From a virus, in the IMG/VR virus record IMGVR_UViG_3300022074_000006, positions 1 to 64,000 of that record: a DNA stretch of 64,000 nucleotides. One strand, 5' to 3'. A program made the translations under genes and the position numbers. The number at the start of each line of letters is the position of its first letter. The stretch's first letter is position 1. The notes under the pieces are model-generated. The model was not told where the DNA came from. It saw only the letters and a list, made by a program, of their open reading frames with translations, and made no database searches. Of this stretch, positions 29,301 through 39,200 are shown piece after piece.

Positions 29301-30719
29301 TTCATAAATGGTAAACCTCGAAAGATGCCAATAACTCAAAGTCTTGTTAGAATGTATACGACAGGATCTTCCGTTCCTTCTAGTAAAGGAGGCCTGATAG
29401 GCAATCTTGTTTTGCGATCCGGTTCAGATGACGCCGGTCACTCTCTGGTTCTTCACATGAGACCGAATGTATCTGGAGATCTTTTTAGTCTAGCGCTCAC
29501 CGGTGTGAATTGCTTCAATGGAGATCCGTGGCAAGTATCTTTCGGGAGAGCGAGAAACGATCTTACAGGTTCAGCAGTGTCATCTTCTTACTATTTAAGA
29601 GCAGGATCTGTGAGCAACGGAAAGCTTAGTGGTTTTGTTGAGACTATCGGCGGCTACAAAGACAATTCAGATTATAGTGCCAGAGAAGATCAAAGAACTT
29701 CACTTTTTTCCAGCGGCTCTAAAGAGCTAAACAGTAGCGGAACGTTTTTTGTTATTGGAGACAGTCAAATTACTAATGTTTCGAATGGGGGACTGTTTCT
29801 TCACAATCAAAATTTTGACGAAGAAACAAGAGTAACCAAATTCAAGGGTCAGCTAGGCCCCATCAGATTTTACTCAAAAGAGATAACTCTTTCTGAAACC
29901 AAAGAGCACATTAAGAACTTTAGGTCTGTCGGAGTGGAGAATCCACATAGAAACTTTAACTTCAACATCTTTCGAACCGGTTCATTTGAAAGACTCAGAC
30001 TAGATGCTCACTTAGATCAGGAAGATTTAGTCCCAGACGGCAACGGTTTTCTGGAATTTGTTGACTTTTCAAACAACAAAAACGAAATCTCTGTGACAGG
30101 TCTAGATCCTAAAGTTAGCCCTTTTGATCATGAAACTATGCAATACTCTATACCTTCACCTTACATTGATAGATCTGTTACTAGCAGCAAAGTAAGAGTT
30201 AGAGGATACAAGTCAAGGGATCATGTTAAGAAGTATCACTATTCACAATTTTCTCCGGTGTACGATGTCAATCCTTATGAGGAAAATTTAGATGACAATA
30301 GATTCGCTGTTGAAGTTTCTTCAGTTCAAGGACTCAATGAAGATATCATGAATATTCTGGGAACAATGGATTCGATTGAGGATGCCATCGGAAAGCCTAA
30401 TCTGGTTTTTGCTAGTGAGTATTCTGACTTATCATCTTTGAGAGAGACTTATTTCAAGAGGTTGACTGCTAAGGTCAACTACAAGGAGTTTTTTGAATTC
30501 TTCAAGTGGTTTGATCGATCTATCGGCGGGTTTATTGATTATCTTCTTCCCTCTAAAACAAACTTTCTAGGAACTAATTTTATAATTGAAAGTCACTTTC
30601 TAGAAAGGCATAAGTATAGATACTACTTTGACGATATCTACTTAGGAGAATCTGACAGAGACGGGCTAAAGGGAGAAATAAGACTTCAGCTCATAACTGG
30701 AAGCATAAAGAGGTTGTAG
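26391..30719 (+). CDS. Large baseplate wedge protein (gp7 / P2 gpI-like core) with LamG-like domains
   Basis: PDQFLIDKAERMG and WRRVLSDLPEIMRSKGTIHSVETFL. LamG-type segments GSLDELRIF and DGRWHMITLT..IYIDG..LADLALW. GTG start. Confidence 0.7.
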   Translation: MTRRRLFDATIRDPLPIIKSVLSDSSPVKEKTLNAISSSYSHPTGSWRFDPPGSGVKSTQQLHIDFSKFENHVFFNSARAKVNMAFDKIINRYPFDGSKEEVQEFIDGLNGFERYVFERIPSSIGSLAFLGSQYINVSDRSGVLFPSLSRKKEGLSVVDPKEGSFCIDFQIFVPKNVLGATARKPILHKVNEAGDVGLTVYMKESDAFGTAPSGSLSILLSDGISSLSSSMEVEKGTFDHVSINVARSGKDTQISMFRNGKLTQTSEERLLNTIDTKGAPLLIGSASSHAADVIEGGKLQFASSEYFSGSLDELRIFHKTRTEHEINYSMDSNVYSSDYLKLYYKFNEPSGSHGGSDVVLDSSGNSLHARIEGYQGVCRGLRGSGLAEEDPILSPVLFPSHVDLIDLNKSLLFTASRYDDSNPNVITRLVPTHYLKEAQIDQALSTFDGGVGDPYGTSLGVPGSGKISQPQIISSLLFTWASLFDDLKLFVQTLGDVEFISLVKSGTVPDQFLIDKAERMGFPLPDLYSNASLSQFLFAASTQKEKGLITKSLNSVQNEVWRRVLSDLPEIMRSKGTIHSVETFLRNVGIEPNGLFRLREYGGSRKIYLGRERLKRKEVTPFLNFTSSYNNFSPAYDANNMSTNFQVVKSPFLIASRSEPGTPQITEHHNLAEYYVARGKEYGSADNLVALFRYSSGSSGKVSHPNHDVGLTLKDVTGFVSPLTASAHQAGAGVSVGHGIITGSISPKIKLEFAEYPDGQAQYGEIPDNDSLSFGSGALSVSMWVQFSTGHPGNDKLIIKKSTEYTVKFDASGDLTYTLVDSAGGSKTMVVSADTPSSHYLFDGRWHMITLTHEGGGGNNGVNTGKMRIYIDGSLEATGGTVSGGNFSQMRNTGNNLFIAYEPGGGNTGCKVNLADLALWSASLDATTVEAVYNSYRREEDKEKIGPDLPHGLLTSGSWGYEGWYKFRPFFINGKPRKMPITQSLVRMYTTGSSVPSSKGGLIGNLVLRSGSDDAGHSLVLHMRPNVSGDLFSLALTGVNCFNGDPWQVSFGRARNDLTGSAVSSSYYLRAGSVSNGKLSGFVETIGGYKDNSDYSAREDQRTSLFSSGSKELNSSGTFFVIGDSQITNVSNGGLFLHNQNFDEETRVTKFKGQLGPIRFYSKEITLSETKEHIKNFRSVGVENPHRNFNFNIFRTGSFERLRLDAHLDQEDLVPDGNGFLEFVDFSNNKNEISVTGLDPKVSPFDHETMQYSIPSPYIDRSVTSSKVRVRGYKSRDHVKKYHYSQFSPVYDVNPYEENLDDNRFAVEVSSVQGLNEDIMNILGTMDSIEDAIGKPNLVFASEYSDLSSLRETYFKRLTAKVNYKEFFEFFKWFDRSIGGFIDYLLPSKTNFLGTNFIIESHFLERHKYRYYFDDIYLGESDRDGLKGEIRLQLITGSIKRL

Positions 30720-33203
30720 ATGAGCAAGTTTGCTATTCAAAATATAAAATACAGACCAACAATAAACTTCAGAGCAGGACCGGGCGACGGGTTCGCGTAC
30801 ACGATGTCTAATGCTGTTCTAAATTGGTGGAGCTTAGAGAGTGTAAACATTGAGCCGACTGATGCAGCAACGTATAGATCTGAAGATCACGTCGATGCTA
30901 GAAGCAAAATACCTTTGATTTACGCTTCAAATGCGGCAAGATCACACGTATCAAGCGACGTCCCCTCTAGAAAAATAACTAAAAGTTCTATCAAGTTCGG
31001 AAATACAGGTCAGATAGCTCAGACTAGTACAAATGCAGTTAGTTTTGCTAATACGTCAATTAGTTCCGGAGATGATCCCTTTAGTATTTCTTTTTGGGCA
31101 AAAAAAGTGGGCGGCGACGCCAGTTCAAAGATAATCATTGCAAATTCAAGCCCGTCTGGCTACACTAGTAGGAGAGAGTATACAGTTGCTTTTGCTTTAG
31201 GCACTCAGCCTATATTGGAAGTATACGGAAATCAAGATTTAAGTGAGTCAATATCAATAAAAGCCCAGCATGCTTCGTCACTCTTAAGTAGTTCAGAGTG
31301 GAAGCATTATGTTTTTTCGTATTCGGGGAAGCCCATCTTCAACGGATCTACAATGGCAAGTTCTGGATTGAAAATCTATGTAAACGGTGAGGTTCAGACT
31401 TCAAATCTTGCACAGCAACTAGAAGATGACTATTCCGGGATGAGAACAAATCCTTTGAATGTTTTTACAATTGGAGATGTCGGTGGAGGCGGAAATATTC
31501 TTCTTTCTGATTTGATAGTTTTTAACAAAGAAATTGACTCTGATTCTGTTAAAGCTTTGTACTACTCCAAAGACGGATCATTCATAAGAACTAGAAACTA
31601 TCTTAAAAAAGGTTCAAAAGTTAGTTCTCCTGAGGGGTCTGAGATTGACGGCTTTAGAGAGGGCGTGAGCATCCGAAACGGTGAAGACCTGTCCACGTCA
31701 ATAAGAATGAAAATACATTCAACTTTAGACTTTGTAAGAGCACACTCAGGTTCTGCAGTCTCAGTTGACTCTCCTTTTGATGACGCAAACATTCCTTTTT
31801 ATGTAGCACAAGATTCCGGAAGCTACAAGGGAGTTTTGGACTCTACTAGAGGTCATAGCGGCTATAGTTCAGTCCTCCTTCACGAAGTTGAAAAAAGAGA
31901 CTTTGGAATTTTCAACAGGCACCAAGACGGAACCCCTTTTAACGATACTCTTTTCGACACTCCACAGAAGGTACTTGAGGATGTGAGAACGATTGCAGGA
32001 GATCCTGACGATCGACACCTGAGGGTTTATATAGGTGAGACTCCAAACGAGCTCTACAATTCAACAGACGTTTATGACAAAGAAGCCCGAGTAGACATCT
32101 TCGAAAGAAGTATTGATTTAAGGTCAATAATTCCGGACCTAAGAGACGGAGAAAGAGATTTTACTAGAAGATCCAGAAGGCTTACAAGAAGTGGATCGAT
32201 GACCATACCTGCACGTACAAGAGGGTTTAGTGGAGAATGTAACTGTATTGGAATTACAGATGTTAGATTTAATGACAACAGAGAATCTTCAATCCCCTTT
32301 TACGAAGTCTATAGAGAAGGAGACATGCACTTTACTTCATCGGCAGTCAAGGATGGATATATGCATGCAGGACGAGGAACAATAGAAACTATCTTAAGTC
32401 AATCTTCCGGACCACGACATATTGATACATCTTACAGTAGGAGGTCTGAGCCTTACGGTGTGTATGCTCAGTCGACAGTTGATACTTTCTACGGTTTGCC
32501 AGGAGCAGACAAGCTTCAGGGCAGGACGTTTACAGCGAGATATAGGGTAAGCTCAGCTGACAAACCCTTTAGAGACGAGTCTAAGGAAACTTTCGTTGAA
32601 GAGAAGTTTAATTCTTCAAATTTTAATTTTGATGCAGGAGTCGGAGCTTCAGCTCAATTAGTTTATGGAATTGGTGCGAACCTTAGTAACCTAGATACAA
32701 TCACCATAACGTCCACGGACCAGACAACAAAGTCTTATAGAATCTCCTCCGGAGGAGGCCTTTCATCAGGAATGGTTGTCGGAAACAAAATTGTTGTTGT
32801 CTTGGGAGCCAACAACAGTGCGACTGCCGCCCAAATAGTGGCTGCGATAAATACATCAAATGGTCATAACGCCGGTACTCCCAACAGTAAAATAATCTTA
32901 GAGCAGGCAGCCATCAATGATGACGAAGGCACGATTACGTTCACTCAAGCAGTTGGTGGAACTGCAGGAAACACAGCAGTCACTAAGAATCAATCAGGAG
33001 ACTTTACTGTGACAAACTTTTCTGGAGGAAAACAGTCTGATAACAAAGACTTCGTAGATACTCTAAAGAAAATGTACATGACTGGGTCTTCTATTCACGA
33101 AGGTCCCCAGACGGGTTATACTATTTCCACTAGAGGAATCCAGGGAGATACAGGCCAGTATAAGACTGACTCAATTGTCTTTGTAGGAATGAAGAGGAAC
33201 TAA
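30720..33203 (+). CDS. Structural protein with N-terminal LamG-like domain and one insertion module
   Basis: FSISFWAK, EWKHYVFSY, KIYVNG, LSDLIVFNKEI. Module at 32646-33029. Confidence 0.7.
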   Translation: MSKFAIQNIKYRPTINFRAGPGDGFAYTMSNAVLNWWSLESVNIEPTDAATYRSEDHVDARSKIPLIYASNAARSHVSSDVPSRKITKSSIKFGNTGQIAQTSTNAVSFANTSISSGDDPFSISFWAKKVGGDASSKIIIANSSPSGYTSRREYTVAFALGTQPILEVYGNQDLSESISIKAQHASSLLSSSEWKHYVFSYSGKPIFNGSTMASSGLKIYVNGEVQTSNLAQQLEDDYSGMRTNPLNVFTIGDVGGGGNILLSDLIVFNKEIDSDSVKALYYSKDGSFIRTRNYLKKGSKVSSPEGSEIDGFREGVSIRNGEDLSTSIRMKIHSTLDFVRAHSGSAVSVDSPFDDANIPFYVAQDSGSYKGVLDSTRGHSGYSSVLLHEVEKRDFGIFNRHQDGTPFNDTLFDTPQKVLEDVRTIAGDPDDRHLRVYIGETPNELYNSTDVYDKEARVDIFERSIDLRSIIPDLRDGERDFTRRSRRLTRSGSMTIPARTRGFSGECNCIGITDVRFNDNRESSIPFYEVYREGDMHFTSSAVKDGYMHAGRGTIETILSQSSGPRHIDTSYSRRSEPYGVYAQSTVDTFYGLPGADKLQGRTFTARYRVSSADKPFRDESKETFVEEKFNSSNFNFDAGVGASAQLVYGIGANLSNLDTITITSTDQTTKSYRISSGGGLSSGMVVGNKIVVVLGANNSATAAQIVAAINTSNGHNAGTPNSKIILEQAAINDDEGTITFTQAVGGTAGNTAVTKNQSGDFTVTNFSGGKQSDNKDFVDTLKKMYMTGSSIHEGPQTGYTISTRGIQGDTGQYKTDSIVFVGMKRN
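32646..33029 (+). repeat. Insertion module copy 4
   Basis: TITITSTDQTTKSY..AAINTSNGHNAGTPNSKI..FTQAVGGTAGNT..TNFSGG. Confidence 0.85.
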
Positions 33204-33204
33204 A

Positions 33205-36200
33205 ATGCCTAGGATTGAACGTAAATCTATTACACAAAACTTCGACATAAGTACCATAGATCCTTTTGAAAACACAGGATCAGCCTCGTCAGGTGCTGTT
33301 GTCGTTCAAAAAAGCGTTGAATTAATCGACCAGCCGAACAAAGAGCCAGGAACTGTTAATTTTGGATCTGCGGCCGAAGTCGGCACCATGCAAAATATCG
33401 AACCAGGAACAAAAGTCATCTTGTTGGGTCGACAAAGCGCTGAAGCCGGCAATGCAGCTTCTCACCAGGATCGTTTTTTTTACTTAAATAAAAAGTACTC
33501 GGGAAACCCAAAGATCACTGTTTCGATTACAGCGATTTGCGGAGACAATACAACCGATCCTGCAGTAATTCGACAGGGAGGCAGTGTCCTAGAATTGTCA
33601 ACACCTGAAAACGCGTCGGGTGACATATTGGAATTACAACACTCTGTGGACGGAGACACATGGACAACGTTTAGAAATGTCAGACCCCATGATGCAGGGA
33701 ACGGTGTTCGAGATCTTACCTTTTCAGAGTTTAGAACAGTCACAACGACTTTTACACCACCTGATGGTCAAAGTGTCTACATAAGAGTGAACCAGAAAAA
33801 TTATCACGGCAACACTCATGACCACTACGCTGTCAAGAGTCTGGTAGTTGACGAATCGGGTGGCAATAGATCAACCTACGGGGGAGGCAATAGGATGGCC
33901 TCTGGTTTTACAACTCTAAATCCGAAGATTGTTCAGATCATTCACGATAATTCAGAGTCAGATTCTTATGTGGCACAAAACCTATCTATTAAAAATAGAA
34001 GAAACATCTCTAAAAGCATAAGAAATTCGTCTTTTGACGACCAGAAGGAATTGAGACCTCCCAATACAACCAGAAAAGAAGTGATCTCCATATCCGTTAA
34101 ATCAGCCCGGGGTCTCATAGACAGGTGCAAGATATTCATCAGAGGAGCTGATGGAATTGAGATGAAGTCATATGCTTTTGTTTCATCTGACAGAGATGAC
34201 ATTGAATCTTTTGAGGGAGGATTGACCGCAGCCGATACAAAAATAAATATTTTGACTGAATTAAGAAAGATTCCTTTTAAACTGAGGAAAAAAAGGGCTT
34301 CTATTGCAAGGGCAATTGCCAGCTCTTTAGCACAAGCAATAGAAGCTGATAAGTCTCTCAAGATAAAAGCACGATCTTCTGACAACAAAGTATACCTTGA
34401 AGATCATTACGTAGAAAGCGCAGTTCCACACCCAGTGCGTTACATCTCTGGTATCTCACCACCCAGAGCAATACAGCACCCAGCCAAAGCGATTAGATAC
34501 GCGCGGGGTACGCACACAAACTTAGCTAACACCGAAGAGGGAAAAACGATCACGATAGTGGATGCTCAGGGTCTCAAGAGAGTTTACGCTCTAGTAAATT
34601 CTTCTCAGACTTCAATGACCACCGGAACTGTAATTAATACCGGAGATGATATAGGATCTGGAACTGCAAGCAGCGGTTTAAAGGGAGCCATAGCAGTTGC
34701 TGTTAACATATCATCAACACTATCGTCGACTACCCTGAAGGAGTTGAAAGTTGCGATAAATCACAAAAATGGTCACGGAAGAAGAATTTCTGTGAGTGAT
34801 GTCTACGAGACTATAACGTATGGGTACATGCAAATTAGATCAGCTGTCCCTCCCTTGAGAGAAGGTCAAGGGATTCAGGTGTCAGAAAATACTGCGTCAT
34901 TTACTCTAGTCGATACAATTAGAGATGAAACTTCTATGGGACCTCCTACTGCTTCTATCACTTTTTCTTCTCTGCCAGCAGTTAATTCGTATATTGAGAT
35001 TAGACCTAGAGACAATGTCTTAAAAAGATATGTTTCGTGTAGATCAGACGGAGATGTTAACACGGGAGATACTCTTAAGTCGGGAGACATTGTAGATGGT
35101 CCAGGTACAGCAGTTGGAGCCGCCGGAATCGGAGGAGTTGCTGTCGTTGCCAACGATCGCTCTAATTTTGAAGAACAGTTTGTAAAGGCAATCAATTCAA
35201 AAAACGGTCAAAGGGGGAAGGTTAAAATTAGAAAAGTCGTACCACTAGCAGGTGCGAACGAGTACGTTTTGACGGACAAAACTAGTTCAAAGTATTCTTT
35301 TGATACTTGGGGTACACAATCAGTCACGTCTACGGCTGGCGGAGCAGCAACAGTCAGCACATGGAAAGGAGCTTCAGGAGGAAAAATAGTTGAAGCCATA
35401 CAGGGGGATGAAAAGTCTGTTAGTTCTATCAAGGTTGAAATTGTGTCCTATGGCGGCCCGACTCCAGATATCATTGCTGGAATAAACTATACTAATATAG
35501 ATGTCGCCAAAGAGGCTGGTGTCAATGACCACAAAGCCCCAGACATTCAGTTTCGATCTCCTGTTTTGCATGGATCAGGACCAAATAAAAATATCTTTAA
35601 TCCTACCACAGGATCTTTTAATCCTTTTAAAGAAGTGGGCCTATATGAATCATTCGATGGAGAAACAGGTCCTGGTGTCAACTTAGAGCACACGTACGTA
35701 GCTAGACAAAATGAAGCCTCTTTGACGTCTGCTCTTGGTAAAGGTTTTGAGGGTTCACTTTCTTCAAAAGAGTGCATAGAAATAGAGTTGGACGGATCAG
35801 GAGCTACTACGGCCACTATATATCGATCAGGCAATGGCGCCGGAGATAATCTTAGACCCTCCATGGCTTATCTTTCAAAGACAGGTGTGTGGACTCCCTT
35901 GACTCACGACCCACCTTGTGACACGCGTTTTCCAGGAGCACAAAGCTCTCAGTTTCCCAATCCATTGGCCGCCATCTCAGCTTTGTATCATCAGATATCT
36001 GAGAGAGCTATGATAGGATTTAGCCAAAACTATTCTATGTTAATATCTCGATTAGAAAACTCTACTTATATTGAGAGATCATCTTTAGGAATGTCCGAAG
36101 AGACTTTTGAATCTGAAAAAGAAAGGTTTGCTTTTGTAGAAGGTGCTCCAAGTTCTTGCATTAACACTTTTGGTTTTCCTTCTCACCCTAAGTTTTCTCG

Positions 36201-39200
36201 AGATGACAGCTTAAAGTTTGACATGTCTGACTATATAGATGACGACTTTCTTGTTGAAAACATAGTCGTTGATTGTCAGCTGGCAATGTCGGGTGGTACT
36301 GTTACTAAAACCAACCTGAACTACCTCGGTGATTTTGCGGAGCTCATGCCCGAAGGTTTAACTTTTTTCATGCTGTGCGAAAGAAAAGGAAAAATCACAG
36401 ATCAGGCCTCAGAAATAGCATTTCAAATGGAGATTGATGAAGACTTAAACGGTGATGTAAATAATGTCTCTAGAATTACTAATGCTTCTTCTTTTTCTAT
36501 ACCAGCCTGGTATCCTTATGGTAAAAGTCTTGCGTGGCCTGCGTCTTTTGACCCGGGTTCCTCTGAGTTTATACCTAATTCTACCATTTATAATGGAGAA
36601 TCAGCAGCAACTATAAACGCCGGCGTCGCGGCATCTCGAGGGTGGTCTTTTTATGATGTTATGGGCAACTCCGGAGTTTGGGATACACCAATAGTCAGCG
36701 GTGATCGGTGGCTACAGTGTAGATGGCAGTATATTTCAACTTCAAATATAGATAAGATCAATCCGGTATCTCAGATTGATTCTCTCTATACGGCAAACAG
36801 CCACAAACCACACATAAACATTCCTTTGTCTGAGGGCTACTCTGAGAACTCATATCTTACTACAGATTACGGTTATCGTCTTAGATTTCAGGCTTATGTT
36901 GCATTTGAAGACGCAAACGGCGATTCGATACCAGACATTCTTCAAGATATCGGTGATTTTGGCCCCGGCGGAGCCGCAGCTTTTCAGAGGGGCTATTGGC
37001 GGAGATTTAATCGCGTCAACGTGTTTGCGACTTACTTAGACAGCGTTAAGAGTGGAAAATCTGACGGGATTAGAAATCTTGTTGCTTCTGTTGACATTGA
37101 GGACCATTTTTCCGGATCTCCAATACCTCTAATATATGACGTTCCAATTCGAACTGAGTTTGCTAGTAATTCTGCCAACGCCAGAAAATTCAACTTAATG
37201 ATAGAAGTGATTACTTCCAATGCTGTTATGGAACCCAGCTCTAGTGATATCAATGAGTCAATTTATATTTCTAATCTTGAAATTTCGAGAACTGAAAAAT
37301 CTCAATATGTTGACACCATTAGAGACATTGTTGGATGGGGAAATATTGCAACTTTTCCGGAAGATTACAACGAGATTCAAAAAAACCTCTCTTCTAAGTC
37401 GATCGACATTAGAGAGAGATTTAGCACCGTGATTGACTCAGACATTCCAGTGACTGGAAGGTACGTAACAAGATTTCCAGCTTTAGCTCCGGTTCCAGGA
37501 GACGTTGGAACAATCTCGGCATACAGCTCTGTGGGGGCTAGCCCTTACGACCTCATAGTCACGAACTGGGATTCTCTAGGAAGATCAGGCATCGCCGGGA
37601 TGCCTTCTAACAGATCAGTTGTCAGGTCACTGCCAGGAAATAAGCCTGCATATACAACAAGACAGTTTCGAACTAAGTACAGAGTTCCTATCGCCAGACA
37701 TAATTCTCAAGTCTCTCCCTATTTGCTTAAAAAGTCGGACAAGATAATAATTGGGGCACAGGCACCTATGTCTTATTTTATCAGCGAATCAAGCACCACA
37801 GCCGGTGCGACTGATCTTTTGCAAGGAAAGGTCAGAGTCAAGATCTACGGATCTAGAGTTTTGAATGAAAGGCTCACGCATAATAATCAGAAGGATTCTT
37901 TAAACACAGATTCAGTTCACCAAGTCATTGGTGACATTCCTGTAAGGGACCAGATTGAAGCTTATTCAAGATCAGACCTTAGCGATACTTACATGGACAA
38001 AATAATGTTTGGTGATCCTTCTTTGACAAAATTTGCAAGAGGAGCTGAGCTAGTTGATATCGGGATTGGAAAGTCTTACAACGTTTCCAATATATATGCA
38101 AACACTATCATGTTCAAAGCTTACATGGATGGTATCATCGCCGAAAGATACGTTCCTGTTAAGTCCAAACCCATAGGAACAAAGAACAGAGATGGATTTG
38201 GAAAGTACGGAGACTTCTTGCCAATGTGCGCAACTATTGTTGTTGAAAAAGGCACAGACTGGAATGCAGCAAGCCAGGCCAACTCCTGGACAGGAAAGTG
38301 GATACAAGTCACAGACCATAGATATCAAAAGGTGAGGCGTTTTATCTTTCAAACGACCGGGACTACTGGAACTACTTTTGTGAGTTCAGGAGGATTTACG
38401 TATGTTAGAGTGGTGACCTCTGCGGCTGCCAACATCCGGAGTAAAATACAAGAGCTAAGAAAAGCTATTCTACAGCCCCTTGCCTTTGGTCAGGCAGGAG
38501 CCGACGCCAACGCGATACTTGATAACGCTTTAAAGCCTGAGTCTCCTCTTGCCGTCCATGACAACTTTTTCGCGCTTGCCTTGCTTGATTTGACTGACTC
38601 CAATTCAGATCTCATTCCTGACAGTGGGCACTACGTAGCAGCCTTACAGATTTTTCCTAGAATATTCTCTAGAGCAGAAGCAGACCTCTATGACAAGTCT
38701 ATGGGTCCTCACGGAGAAGGAACGAATTCTCTTATTGAGATTTCCCTTGCAGGAGGGGGATGGACAGACGAGATGTCTGTAAGATTATTGCCCGCTTTCG
38801 GTCAGTTAAGTTCCACGCACCACGTAGCTAGGCCTGTACAGGGGTTGAGCACTCCATGGAACATGTTGAGAAAAGATAGAGTGTTTAATCGAGGTGTTGT
38901 AACAAAGCCGTCAGAAGGAACTTCCGGAATCACAGGATCACTTCAACATTTTGCAACCCTTGTCGATAGCGAGGTCGTCAAGTATGACTCTCTGGTTCCT
39001 CCTGTTTATGAGTTTCTCAAGAACTTTGATGTCAAAGTTCCTGTTTCTGGCGACTCCGGAGTTGGTGGGTTTATAAGTGGATCATTTCTGCCGATATTTC
39101 AGCGGTGTCAAGTAATCAACACAAGTGGATCTGCGTGCACAGGAAGAGGAGCTTTTCCTCACAGTACTCCTTACGTTCAAGCACCCGGAATTATAGGTTT

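Noticed and set aside
18556-30719. T6SS or extracellular contractile injection system rather than a phage
   Set aside because: No Tss membrane complex, ClpV or Afp-type ATPase is present. The gp55-like sigma factor, nuclease and very large fibres fit a phage. Capsid and terminase genes are outside the window, so this is not proven.
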